NCBI GenBank assembly: GCA_028534125.1
Contig: CM052816.1
Coordinates: 67,024,001 to 67,088,000, forward strand
Direction: 5' to 3'
DNA length: 64,000 bases
Origin: Lama glama
Taxonomy: Eukaryota
Shown here: positions 39,040-52,038 of the stretch, piece after piece
How positions within the stretch are numbered: the first letter of the stretch is position 1
Layout: the number at the start of each line of letters is the position of its first letter
Notes under the pieces: model-generated
Seen by the model: the letters and a program-made list of their open reading frames with translations, nothing else
What the model was told of the DNA's origin: nothing
Database searches by the model: none
Made by a program: the position numbers and the translations under genes

Positions 39040-40230
39040 ATCTTTTACTCCCCAGTCATAACTCCAATCAACTACTGCTGTTCTCCAGCATTATAATTTT
39101 GTTATTTTAAGAATTTCATATAAATGGAATCATAGGGTATGTAATCTTTTAAGACTTGCTTATTTCACTCAGCATACCCTGGAGATATATCCAAGTTATT
39201 GTGTGTATCAGTAGTTCATTCCCTTTAATTGCTGAGTAGTATTCCATTGCAGGGATGTACCAGTTTGTCTATCCATTCACCTATGGGAAAACATTTGGGT
39301 TGTTTCTAATTTGTTGATATTATAAATAATGCGTCTATGAACATTTGTGAATAGGTTTTTTGAGAACATACATTTTAATTGCCCTAGGATAAGTATCTAG
39401 GAGGGTAACTGCTGGAGCATACGGTAAGTAAATATGTAAGTTTATTAAAAAAAAAACTGTCAAACTCTTTTCCAGAGTGGTTGTTTCATTTTTCATTCTC
39501 ACCACCAATGCATGAGAGATCCAGCTGCTCTGTATCCTTGGTAAAAGCTGATATTGTCTTTTTTTTTTAATTTTAGCCTTTTTAATAGGTATGTGGTGGT
39601 ATCTCACTATGACTTCAATTAGCCAATTCCCTGACGGGTGATTATGTTGAACATCTTTCCATGGCCTTACTGACCATCTGTATATCTTCTCTAGTGAAGT
39701 GTCTGTTCAGTATGTTCTGCCCATTTTCTGATTGAGTTGTTTGTCTTCTTGTTATTGAGTTTAGAGAGATCTTTATGTACTCTAGTTACAAATCTTTTGT
39801 CAGATAATATGATTTGCAAGTATTTATCCCCATCTATGATTTGTCCTTTCATTCTCTTAACAGGATCTGTTACTGAGCAAAAGTTTCTGATTTTCATAAA
39901 GCCCAATTTATCAATTTATTTTTTATGAACTGGTTTTTGGGATCATGTCTAAAACTCTTTGCTTAGCCTTAAGTCATGAAGATTTTTCTCTTATGTATTC
40001 TCCTAAAAGTTTTATAGACTTACATGTTACATTTAGATTTCTGATCAATTTGAGTTAATTATCGTATAAGGTGTAAGTTTTAGGATGAGGTTCATTTTTG
40101 TGCCGATGGATATCCAATTGTTCTAATTGTCATCTGTTGGAAAAACAGTCCTTTCTTTATTGAATTGCTTTTGCACTTCTTGGCCAAGCTTGTGTATTCT
40201 ATTTCTAGAGTTGTGATTTTTGTTCCATAC
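39040..40230 (-). mobile_element. L1MC/MD-type ORF2 3' region
   Basis: ORFs 39335-39607 (MRYHHIPI..LPYAPAVTLL) and 39691-39906 (KIRNFCS..KLNNKKTNNSIRKWA) are degenerate L1 ORF2p. Confidence 0.85.
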
Positions 40231-40642
40231 CCCACTGTGTTTTAATTGTTGAATTCCTTGCTCTCTCACAGGACTTGAACCTAAGAACTGTGTTTTTCTC
40301 AATTCTGCTTCTAGGGTATTTGGCACGATGTGTGTCCTACAGTAAACAGAGAATGAATCAAAGTTTGTTAAATGAATGAAAGGAACTTGGCTCCCTTGGT
40401 TTTTGTAAGTGATGATTTACCTAGTCAGATTCCACTCTGAGAGGAGATAAAAAGTATTTTCACTAAATTATCTGTTATCCTCTCTGACATTTATTCAGTG
40501 TCCATCTGTTAACATCACTTAATAGCTTTTTGAATCAATTGAGACATTAATATATTTTGTGAAATATGTGCACAAATGTATTTACTCTAAGGGAACTACA
40601 ATATGAGTTATGACCTTTGTTCTTAAAGAACTTGCATCTCAC

Positions 40643-40910
40643 AATACAGCATAGTGGTAACAAGTAGGGGCTTCATGGTCAGTCAAAACCGAGATGGGTC
40701 CTACGTAGCCATTACTAACTGTGTGACCTTGGGCAGGTTATTTAATTTTTAAAGCCTAAGTTAGTCAATAGGTGCAGTGGTAATGATAACAGTGTATGCC
40801 TCATAAGGGGACTGCAAAGATGAAATCTAATGATGCAGTCAAAGCCTGAGCACAGTGTCCTCATAGTCTTAAGTAAAGACTTAATAAATTCTAGTTGCCA
40901 TTATTTCCAT
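40643..40910 (+). mobile_element. MIR SINE, near full length
   Basis: atacagcatagtggtaa...ttactaactgtgtgaccttgggcaggttatttaa...cctcataagg...gcacagtgtcc...aataaatt. Confidence 0.85.
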
Positions 40911-43059
40911 TTATTAATATTATATACATTTTTATTACAGATGATATCACTGTAACTGAGAAAAAGCTCTTTGAGGAGGATGACTAGGCTTCAGCAAAAT
41001 GAATCAAGAAAACGTCCCTGTTCCGTCTTGCAACCCAAGTCAAAATTATAAATCTATTTTTCAAACTACTTCATAGTCAGTGGTCCTTCTGGTTTCTAGC
41101 TAAATCACAAAATCTGATATAAATAAGCATGGGGAATTTTCAAATCAGCAGTAAGTGAATTTTTCAGAATTGCATCAGTGGACATAGAAGTAGTGACCTG
41201 ATACAAAGAGAAAGCTGCTAACTTGACAGGCCTCATTTTGATTACAGAGGACTGGCTATCCCAGAAAGTTAAATAAAACTTTCTTTTGCTTTCAGGAAAC
41301 CATTTATGCTTTGCAGTTGAAATGGCACTTACGTGAATATGATACTCTGTGCATTCATTAATTCCATCTTTTAAACATCCTAATGGGCTCTCATGAATTT
41401 TCTAATTATTCTATGCTTTCTGTGAAGATATTACCCTAAGTGCTAATTATAAACAAACAAGTACATAAACATTCGGTGTTTCAACACATTTTTCACCCTT
41501 CATAAATACCCAATATGTTTTATTATTTCTGTATGTACTTACACAGAGTTCTCTTCTAGCGATAGATAGTTGTTGACGAAATGACAGTAAAATAGAGTTC
41601 TGACGCCTCAAAGCTTTCATTATGGTGTACTTGTAGGTCATAGATGAGCGGAGAATGCAGATCTTTGCTAGCTTCTAAGATAGTTCCTAAGATGTTGAGA
41701 TGTCTGTGTTCTGACCCCAGGTCTCCTACTGGGAAGTCCACAAGCATGTTCAAACATTGCACCTTTCTATTAAGAAAATCCACTTCATATCCAGACAGTA
41801 TCTGCTGGAGGACATTTTTTAGAACACTACTTATCTATAACACCCACTAGAAGCCAGTGTGTCAACTGCTAATTCCCTAAAAATACCACCCCAACAAGCT
41901 GTGGCTGAAGCAAAGACAAGTTTATTGCTTACTGCAACTGGTGTGCACTGAAGTATGGATATGGGAGATGTACTGGAAAGACTACCTTCTTGTCTTGTCT
42001 AAGAAATACTATGTGGCTACTATTTAGGTTCTCAGGAGATTCTTCCCTAAAAGTTACCTCCTCTCCTCTTCTAAGACTCTCCAGGGATTTCCCCACAGTA
42101 CCCACTCCAGGATCAGAGGTGAACTGTGTGCTCATGTACACCAACTATTTTCATTATGATGGAATTCTGAAGTTCAAACTACAGAGAGATCAAATAAATT
42201 AAACATATACATATTAGCCCATTTGTGTAACTCAACTCGTTTACTTTTATTCTATCTTGATTAATTTGTTTTCCTATTTTACTTCCCTTCTAGTAAAAAG
42301 GCTCTCTTAATTCTCTATTGTCTTTTCTATGTAGTACTTTTTCTTTTATATCAGATCTATTTTTTCCCTTCATTTCACTTTTCTCCTTCCTGTGAAATAA
42401 AGATATGTAGATAGATAACAGATATAGATAAATGTATTATACATATTTTTTTCCAACATGGCCCAGGTCAACTCCCTTAAATTCAAGATGACACTCTTTC
42501 ATAGCTACTATTCTTTAGATTAAATCCTTTGACAAGCCTTTTCTTTCCATTCTGCTCACCTGGGCTGAGGCTCTAACAGGCATCTCCCAACTGTCACCCA
42601 ACCTCTGTCTCATTTGAGAATTCTCTTCTTTTTTAAAGATTGTTAGGAAAGTTGATTTCCTTAATCTCTCAAGTTTTGCCTATCTCATTTTCAGTTCCTG
42701 TATTTCTCATTCCCTTCTGAATCATCTCTTCTCTAAAAGTTTCATTTTTCTATTTTCATAAATATCTTCTCATCTATCACCACCACCAACCCTTTAGGCA
42801 TTACCAACACACTAGGTTATCAGAGCTTTTATCTGTCAGCATGTAAAAAAATCCTTAACTGGCATAGTAAATGATTTTCCTCAAAATACTGATACTCTTA
42901 AAATAGGCACCTGAAGATACATGTATGTAAAATTTTTTCTCTTAACAAAGATGGCACACTAGTAGATTAATGAATGAAGTAAGTACAATTTTTGTCATTT
43001 CTTAGTATTTTGCTTCATGAGGAATGCATCCTCAAATAGAAGAAAGGTAGGAAGGGGCA

Positions 43060-43440
43060 CAAAAGGCTTCTATAAGCCATGTTAGAAGTTCAAGGATTTA
43101 ATCTAAAATCAATTTGAAACCATTAAAATGTTTCACCTTGGTGATGATAACTTTCATTTTGAAAAGCTATAGGGTAGTGAATAGATTAAAGAAGGTCAAG
43201 AGTAAATATAGGGAGAAAAACTAGAAGGCTATTCTAGTAGTCAAAGTGAGGGAAAATGGTGGCTGGGGCTTCAGGGGCGGCAAGGAAGTTAGAAAGAGGC
43301 CAAGGGATTAGAGATAATGGTGGATATTAATAAGACCTTATAATAAATTGTATATTGGGTATGAGGAAGAGGGAAGTGTTAGGGTAGACTCTTAGTTTTC
43401 TTACATAGCACACAATGGAAAGCAGCACCACTCACTTAGC
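43060..43440 (-). mobile_element. L2 fragment
   Basis: taagccatgttagaagtt...tagaaggctattctagtagtcaaagtgag...gaggaagagggaagtgtt. Confidence 0.7.
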
Positions 43441-43451
43441 TAGAAAGCACT

Positions 43452-43650
43452 AGAACTCCATTGTCCAAAATGGTAGATACCAGCCATATTTAAATTAAAG
43501 AAAATGAAATAAGATTTAAAATTCACTTCCTCAGTCATACTAGTCTCATTACAAGTGTTTGTTAGCCACATGTAGCCACGGCTACCAAGCTGGCCAGTGC
43601 AGATATAGAACACTTTCATCACTGTACACATTTCTATTGGACAACACTGT
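43452..43650 (+). mobile_element. MER3 (hAT-Charlie)
   Basis: tgtccaaaatggtag...ttcctcagtcatactag...tagccacatgtagc...gcagatatagaacactttcatca...ttctattggacaacactg. Confidence 0.85.
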
Positions 43651-43944
43651 TGGAAGTGAACCATTTAACAGTGATGGGTAGGAGCTGTCATTCTGGTTAC
43701 TTACCTTTCTAAGATTCTTTTACTAATAATTATACCTAATGTCAAGAAACTCACATGTATACTCTTCAGCTAAACACACCAGCTCACTTTTGTATCCTGT
43801 TTCCATAAACCCTTTTGCCCAAAATGCAGTGTAAGTGCATGCTCAGTGACTTCATCCATATGGAGTTTAGTCAGTATATGTTAATTAGAGGGAAGGGAAA
43901 CAAGAGATCATCACAGTGGGCTGTTGGTTCCCAATGATACTGAA

Positions 43945-44425
43945 TGCTCTACTTTGAGTTTTCCCAAAAGCATCCTGAGAAAAGAATTTAGTGAAAAATC
44001 ATTTGTTTTAGAGATGATACCAAGAAGCTTAGGGAGGGAGGGAGAAAATGAGAGAGGAAATAGTAGAAAACCAATAAAAGGTGCATTAAAGGGTGGGTTA
44101 TTGCTGTAGGCAATGTGGTGCAAACTTGCTGGGGACCTTTGGGAGAATGTGAAAAACATAGCTCAAGATTCACCTTCCAAGAGGTGAAGAAGCTGGGATA
44201 TTCATCTAGGAACTCAAATTTCTTTTTGATTGAGGGTTGTTCTGCTATATTCGATCCCCAACCCTCGCAGCCTTCCTGAAGTACTGCTGAGCATGCTTTA
44301 GGGGTAGAGAAAGAAGTCAGACACAGAGACAGAGGAAGTCAACTGACATAACCAAGAACCCTCCACAAGTGACTTTTGTAGTAGGCGAGAATATGCAGGA
44401 CAGGCACCAACAGCATCTGCTCTTC
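43945..44425 (-). mobile_element. ERVL LTR (LTR16-like)
   Basis: ttcccaaaagcatcctgagaaaagaattt...aaaccaataaaaggtgcatt...ctggggacctttggga...gaagctgggatattcatc...gattgagggttg. Confidence 0.65.
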
Positions 44426-44599
44426 TGCTTCACCCTTTTCCAGGCTGGGAAACCATTTCCTTTAGCGTTTCCTTCAGTGGTCTGGTAACTATATAAAGGG
44501 AATACCATCCCACAATCCGTGTAAGCCAAGGGAGAACACAAACCAAAGGGGATTTACACAGAGGTTCCCCAGCTACAGGTAGATATGGAGGGACAATCA

Positions 44600-44950
44600 T
44601 GAATTCAGCTTTAGAGATACAGAGTTTGAGTTCTTCTTGAGTCATCCAAGCAGAGATATCATGTAGATCCCAGATATACAAGCCTAGAGCTCAGGGGAAA
44701 AAAAGAGGCATCTACACATCATCTACATATAAGTATAAGTGAAGCCATGGAAATGGATGATATTGCCTAAAGAAAGACTATGCAGTGAGTAAGAGGTCTA
44801 GGCTTGAACTTAAGGAACTGCCTAAAATAAATCAATATCTAGGGAGAAGACGATGAGCCTAAGAAGAGATGAGGCAGAGCAGGAGTTGCCAGAGAAGGAA
44901 AACAATCCAGGCAGCAAGAGTCCGGCGGAGCCAGGGAAGAGAGTGTCCTC
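44600..44950 (-). mobile_element. L2 fragment
   Basis: gaattcagctttagagatacagagtttgag...catccaagcagagat...tgaagccatggaaatggatgatattgcc. Confidence 0.7.
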
Positions 44951-45716
44951 AGTCCTTCACAGATTAAAACCAACCAAAGAACAGCATAGCACAATAAAAT
45001 CTGCGCTTCATGGCACTCAGATATGGGAGATTATCAGAAGTAAGTTATTCATTTTAATTGACATCTAAAGTTGGAATTGAGGTTGGTGAAATTTTCTTTG
45101 TTCATGGACTAAAATGGTGCACATAAAATGGAACCCAATTCAATATTGATATGTTTATCATATTAATGCAAATTGGGAGTTGACAGAGTGATTGCAGAAA
45201 ATTAGGGTTTTTTCTCAAGAGAACTAACAAATGGAAGTATTAAGTAATCCATCAGATCTCTATACATGGTGTTCTCTGAATTTCTTTCCACAAAAAAACC
45301 CACTTTGAATATAATAATTTAAACTTTAACATCCTGTAGAAAATTTGGTTTAAAAAATGCTAGCAAAAATATGGCAGAGAAAATGATTATGTAATATTCT
45401 CAAGTGTTTACAATAAAAAAAATTAGATCAAGCATGAGTCAGACAAAACAAATCACAATAAGCCAAATCCAATGAATACTAGGAGAGAATAACTCCTAGA
45501 TATCATAAAATATGCAATCCTAGGCAGCCCACACACAGGAGGGAGCTTTGAGAGAGTTCCAAAATCAGTTAAAAGCAAAAGCTTTCTGTATTTTAAGGGT
45601 GAGTAGAAAATACAACATGAGATGTTTAATAGAGTGTTCTAGTCTGTTATTTCTCAAGATGTCTTTGTGCTGTGGGGATCTGAGTTAGGACTCTTCTGGT
45701 CAAAGCCCTCCTTGAA

Positions 45717-45717
<1 letters not shown>

Positions 45718-45759
<42 letters not shown>

Positions 45760-45780
45760 TACGTACGTACGTACGTACAC
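45718..45780. repeat. Compound microsatellite (TG)19 + (ACGT)5
   Basis: Read directly: TG run 45718-45756, then ACGT x5 at 45757-45776. Confidence 0.97.
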
Positions 45781-46053
45781 AAGAGAGTTGGTGGGGGAGG
45801 GAAAGAGAGAGACCAATGTGCTAATTAACAAGTACACCTACATGTAATTCCATCAGAGTTTTGTAATATCAGGTCCTAGACAGGTAATAAGTGAACACAA
45901 CACACCCAAGAGGAAAAACTGTAATAAAAAACACACAAATCCAGTGCAAATGACAATACATGATTCCTTACTTCATGAAAAGACCTCTTACAGCAGTCCC
46001 CTAGATGACAGGACACTAACACAGAGCCCAGAATGAGGGGCTGGAGTTTAGAG

Positions 46054-46205
46054 CAGCTCCTCATACTCTAATGTGCATAGGAATCACCTGGGGTCTCTTT
46101 AAAAATGCGATTCTGATTCAGTGGGTCTGGGGTGGAGACTGAGATTCAATAAGCCCAGATGTCGCTGATGCTGCTGGTCTTTGGACCACATTTTCAGGAG
46201 CAAGG
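46054..46205. mobile_element. MER5A (hAT-Charlie)
   Basis: gaatcacctgggg...attctgattcagtgggtctggggtgg...ctgatgctgctggtctttggaccaca. Confidence 0.85.
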
Positions 46206-47454
46206 TTGGGACAAAACCTGTAAGTGGAAGTATTACCGCAACAGGAGTAAAAGGCTGAGGCAGCTGTCTGAAATAAAAACAGGGGAGAAGACTCAAGGCC
46301 AACATAGCAAGAGGAAAATAAAGAAGATCACCATATGCAGGTGGCCAGAGACAAGTGGGTATATGTCAGCACAAGTAACAGGATCTAATGGAGGGTCCAA
46401 CCTCTCCTCACAGAAAGAGGGGAAGATTCTAAGCAGCAGCCTGGTCAACTTCAGTAGTTCAACTGTCCATACCACAGAGGTGGGACGTAGACCTGAATGA
46501 CCCACCTGAAGCAGGACAAGCAAAGTGCAATGATTTACACAGACAACAGCTGAGACTTAGAAGTTTAGACTGAGACAAAGAATCTCACCTTTGGAGCACT
46601 GTCTGCTTAGGGTGGATGTGAATTTACAGAAATAAATCAAGTTCACCCAGCTCATTGGAATAGACACAGTACACTGTACCAATGGACAATTACTGACAGC
46701 AAAGTAAAGGAAATCTGTATCTTGCCTTAAGTTATCAGCAGAGGACATCCTTTGGCCTAAGTTAGTGGCTTTTTGTAATACTGGCAACATTGCAACCTCT
46801 TTTACCCTGCAGGGCTGAGGCATAGTGCCTCCAAAGTGTCATCAAAGAAGCAAGGACGGGAATGGTTCCTTGTACCATAAAGTACAATTACAGTTCTTTG
46901 CATTCTAGGTAATACATTTAAATTTAGAGTGCTCAAACAAACACTGTCGATGGAGCCTGCTGGAGAAATAATTTTTTATATTTATTTAAAACCCATGCTC
47001 TTTACATTTAAGTCTCCATTGTAAGGATAAGATCCCTAGACAGTACAGTTCTCCCAGCTCCGTTTAAGTTCAGGATCAAGGTGAGAATTCCCACAGGTAA
47101 TTTTGCAGTCTCCTTCCCCACAGGGCTACTTGCCTGTGCCAGAAGCTGTCAACAACCTCTGTACGTTTATAAAGCTTAGTGTAAGGGTAAGTCAAAGGTC
47201 AATTCCTCTGGTTCAGTATCCCAGGTGTACCATCTGCCTTATATGTCTAGAGTTGAGTTATATTTTAGGAATATGTCTGCATATGTATCCATAAAATGTG
47301 CATAGTGTGTTTTACTGTTGTCATACTTTACATAAATGGTATTAAATATCTTAAGATAGTGTTGACTAGAAACACTGCAAGAGTATGAAAGAATGAAACC
47401 TGTATGTTTACCATTTATGTAAATTAAAAATATACGCAAACTCTATAAAGCATT

Positions 47455-47703
47455 GTCCTTAGAGGCTCAGGCTGATGCACCATCCCCCATCTAGAACCAC
47501 CACAGGTTACTATAGTGGCAGCAGTGGGGGAAATGTGGTGAATCATGCCTCAGTTCTCAAAGGCTTCACTCAAAAATGACATATACTGATTACATACATA
47601 TTTCATTGCCAAAACAAGTCACATGGCCATGTCCAAACTCAGGTGAGCCTACCTGGAAGGAGGAAACCACAGTGCAAGTGGAGAGTCCTAATGACAATCA
47701 CAC
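47455..47703 (-). mobile_element. MaLR LTR fragment (MLT1I-like)
   Basis: caggctgatg...catatttcattgccaaaacaagtcacatggcca...ctaatgacaatcaca. Confidence 0.65.
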
Positions 47704-47844
47704 ACACACAAATTTCAATTCATATTTTATAACACAAATAAAAAGATGAACATCAATCACATTAGAATTATTGCCTATAGAACTGGGGGAAGGGAATGGA
47801 TGTGGAAATGACTATAAAAAGAGAATGAATAAACAACAAATAAG

Positions 47845-47990
47845 ACAGGTATTATTATTCTCATTGTACAGGTGGGTAAATTGATCACCAGACTTTTAAT
47901 GTGTCATTATGACTCCAACTAATCATTGACAGAGAGGAACTCAAACTCAGGTCTTCTGACACCATGTCTCAGTCTCAGTTCCATAAGTAC
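47845..47990 (-). mobile_element. MIR fragment
   Basis: aggtattattattctcattgtacaggtgggtaaattga...actcaaactcaggtcttctgac. Confidence 0.7.
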
Positions 47991-48164
47991 CTAGGGCTAC
48001 ATATTTTGAAAGATAAGTTAAAAATTTTAATTGATAATAGCTTCCTACCTATATGATGACTTCAACAAGATGCTCCAACATTTTTAAATTGGAATTTATT
48101 TATTTCATTTGATATTTTAATCAAGAGTACCACACATACCTAAAATTAAGCTCATTTTATTCCT

Positions 48165-48420
48165 CTTAGGTGAGCAATGTTAATAGCATTTTGGAAAAAG
48201 CAAAGAAGGAGGTGAGAATCAAATGAACCTGAATTAACCCTGGCCTTGTCATGTACCAACTTTATGACTTTTGACAGATAATTTAATCCCTCCAAGTATC
48301 AATGTCCTCATTTGCAAACCAATGATACTAATGCCTAACTTAAAGGGGCCGTAGTAAAGATGAATAAAGAAAAGGACACATCACAAAGCCTGGCACATGA
48401 AAGTATTTAAACATTTAATT
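48165..48420 (+). mobile_element. MIR SINE
   Basis: acctgaattaaccctggcc...tgactttt...tcctcatttgcaaa...gcctggcacat. Confidence 0.65.
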
Positions 48421-49675
48421 TTATAAAGCAATTTACACTGAACTAATAACCTGTGCTTTTCTGCTCCAGTCTACTGCTTTCATTGGATATTTCCTCTGTT
48501 TTGCTCACACTATTACTAATTAAGGATTACCTTTACTAGTTTCCTAGTTACCTAAAAAGTTCATTACAAATATGAGCCAAAGTGAAAATCAGTCACTGAG
48601 GCCTTTATGCTGATGTTTTAAGTTTCATACCTCTACAGAAAGGACTGTAGTAAGTAAGTATATCCTTCAGAAACATCCTGTGCTGCTGCATAAATTTGAG
48701 GCAAAACCCAAATAATAGGTGAATAATCCATGAAGCTACTAAATTTTCATTTAATTTTTCCATAGGAATTCCATCCTACCCATTCATCTAGCAAAATGAA
48801 TAAAGGTGTCTTCCTTTTTGCTTAAATGTGATCTAATGTAAATAACCACCAGTATATTCTAAGAGGTCAAAGAAAATTTTAAGAAAAATATAGTGTTTAA
48901 AATGAAATCTGCACTGCCCTAGAAATCTGTAACTCATGGTTACTTTCCATTTTTTTCTTCCTTGCAAGATGCTTCATTTTCAGTTTTTGCCTTCAGAGCC
49001 CAAATACCTTGAAGTCACAGTCCTTACTTCCATCTCTCATACTGCCAATGCTTCACCCTTCCCCTATACACATACATACAAAGAGAAAAGAATTTTAAAA
49101 TTCCAATCATGACCATTCAGAGCCATTAATGAGAAACTGGAGTTTAACAATCAAATCTCAGAAAACATTCCAGGGAATTATTTGCTTCACTGTCTGACTC
49201 TAAAGACAATGTACTGTCCCAGCATTCTTGAACACAGATTTGAGAGAGCTAACAGAGTCTGTGTCTTTGCTCATTGCACAAATCGACTCAGATAGTACAG
49301 CAGACAGATGACCTTTGTACAGTTCAGGAGGTCAAAGAAATTAACAAGAAAGGCAGCTGCTTAGAAGAAGCAAAGCAGAGGCAAGGTTTTGAGAACCAGG
49401 CTGGAATGTAGCACCCTGGGACAAGAAGGAATAACAAGATTGGAAAATTGGGCCACAGCCTTATTAAAGGATAAATGGTAAAGGATAAAGGAGATTAACA
49501 TAAAGCCTTGAATTCTCATTGTTTAGGATCTTATGGGATGTGAAGAAGGGTGGGAAGGGGAGACGTTTGAGGCACAGGAGAGAAGTGCCTCTGTATTTAT
49601 TATAGATTTCCTGTAGGCTGCTTATTTCCTGATTTATATATCCTCCTGAGCCCTTCAAGAGGGGCCAGCACCGAA

Positions 49676-52038
49676 GGTTGGATAAAGATGGAGAAATAAA
49701 GAACATGGAGCTCACCTCCTCCCACAAATACATCAAAAATACATCTATATGTGGAATAACTCTCATAGAATACCTGCTGAACACTGGCAGAACATCTCAT
49801 AAAACCAAAATCACAAGAAACATCACCATGTAACCAGGCAGGATGAAAGAAAAAGGGAAAGAGGAATCAGGATAGGACCTGAAACCCTGGGAGGGAGCTG
49901 TGAAGAAGGAAAGGTTCCCCTACCCTGGGAAGCCCCTTCACCAGCAAGGAGATCAGCCAGGATGGAAAGGGAGCTTCTGAAGCTCAGAGGAGAGTGTGGC
50001 AGCTTGTTTGCGGCAGGCAGAATAAAGACCAGCACAGATGGTCCATGCCACCTTGTTGCATTCCCCTGCCTGAGACACATGTCTGCTGGGTGCTAAAACT
50101 CTGCCTTCAGAGGACACCCAGGGAAAGGACCGTGGCTGGCTGCACAGAGACAACCAGAAGAGACAGAAGGATGCTCTGGGCTGCAACTAGGGGTGTGCAC
50201 AGGAAGGAGCTGAGGTCCGCCACTGAAGGCCCATGCACAGTGCCCACCATAGCAGCCTCATTCTCAGTGTGCTCACAGTGGGCACAGCTCTGCCTTTAGG
50301 AATTCTGGGAACATGAAAGTGCTGGCAGGTTGCCCAAACATGGAGGCAGAACTGAAATCCAAGGCCATCCCTGGAGGCTGCATAACTTCAGAAACAGGGC
50401 TGAAATCTGAGTGTCCCAGTGGCTGTGTGATCCTCGGATTTACATGTCATAGGTACTTTGTAAACACAGTGCCTGCAGGTCATCTGTGCAGATTACTGGT
50501 GCTTTCATGGCGGGAACAGGTCTGGCTGCATGCTCTGCAGGGGGTGCACCCACAGAGACAGTGCCAGGGTCTGGAATGACTCAGTAGCTCCCATGGCAGG
50601 TCCAGGTATGGGACTATAGCTAAGTTCAGGTGCCTGACTTAGAGGTTCTACGCCACTAAATCCGCACTAGTGGTTTTGTGAGCACAGCATCTGAGGGACA
50701 CTAGGGCCAAATGCCTGAATTGCCATGGGATCATATTGGTACAAGGGCTGTTTTTAGTACAGATGCCTGCTTTTTTTTTCCTCTGTGGCTGCTGGCCATT
50801 ATCCCCTTGATAGGGGGTGTGACTGTTGTTGTGGTGACCAGAGCCTGCACTGAGTATTGAGTGAGGACTTCTTGTTGCTCTGTGATTGTCAAAGCCCAGT
50901 GTGAGGGCTGGGTCTGCTCCCCAGTTATTCAATAGATGCCCCCAGATCTATATCTGTACTGCAGTGTGAGGTAAGTGGGACTGGAACACTCCCACTGGGA
51001 GAGGAGCCACTGTGTATTTCTCTGCAAGAGGTGTCCACCATGAAGTGTACTCTGTGGTATCACTTGTCACCCATTGTGTGGCTCACAAAGTACACTGTTT
51101 TTGGCACTGACTTTGACCCCACCTCAACCATGACATAGACACAGAGTGGCAAATTGGATAATGAAACAAGAGCCTACAATATGCTACCTACAAGAGACCC
51201 ACTTTAGGGTGAAGGACACATGTAGATTTAAAGTGAGAGGGTGGAAAAGGATAATTCATGCAAATGGTAATGACAAGAAAGCTGGGGTAGCAATACTCAT
51301 ATCAGACAAAATAGACTTTTAAACAAAGGCCATTAAGAAAGATAAAGAAGGACACTATATAATGATAAAAGGAGCAATAAAAGAAGAAGATATTACATTC
51401 GTTAACATTTATACACCCAATATAGGAGCATCTAAATACATAAAACAAATACTAATAGACATAAAGGAAGAAATTGATGGGAACAGAAAAATAGTAGGAG
51501 ACTTAAACACCCTATTCACATCAATGGACATATCTCAGACAGAAGATCAATAAGGCAACAGAGATCCTAAATGATACAATAGACCAGTTAAACTTAATTG
51601 ATATTTTCAGGACATTAAATTCAAAAAACAAAACAAAAACAGAATAACCATTCTTTTCAAGGACTGACCACAAACTAGAACACAAAACAAGCCTCAGCAA
51701 ATTTAAGGGCACTGAATTATTTCAAGCATCTTTTCTGACCACAATGGCATGAAACTAGAAATCAACCAGAAGAAGAAAAATGAGAAAAAAATGATTACAT
51801 GGAGACTAAACCACATATTATTAAAAAAAAAACAATGGGTCAATGATGAAATCAAAGAGGAAATTTAAAGAATATCTTGAGACAAGTGACAATGAAAACA
51901 CCACCATACAAAATCTATGGGATGCCACAAAAACAGTCCTAAGAAGGAAGTTCATAGTGATACAGGCTTTCCTCAAAAAACAAGAAAAATCTCAAATAAA
52001 CGACCTAACCTACTATCTGCAAGAATTAGAAAATGAAG
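49676..52038 (+). mobile_element. Rearranged cetartiodactyl L1: 5'UTR (+), inverted distal 5'UTR (~50730-51132), ORF2 endonuclease region (+); ORF1 and 3' end absent
   Basis: 5' start aagatgg...gagctcacctcctcccacaaatacatcaaaaatacatc. ORF2 from 51137 reads RHRVANWIMKQEPTICYLQETH. ORFs 51362-51553 (MIKGAIKEEDITFVNIYTPN..VGDLNT) and 51843- (ENTTIQNLWDATKTVLR) are L1 ORF2p. Confidence 0.9.

Noticed and set aside
49464..50932. Cluster of ORFs or CpG-island-like gene start
   Set aside because: They lie in or overlap the GC-rich L1 5'UTR.
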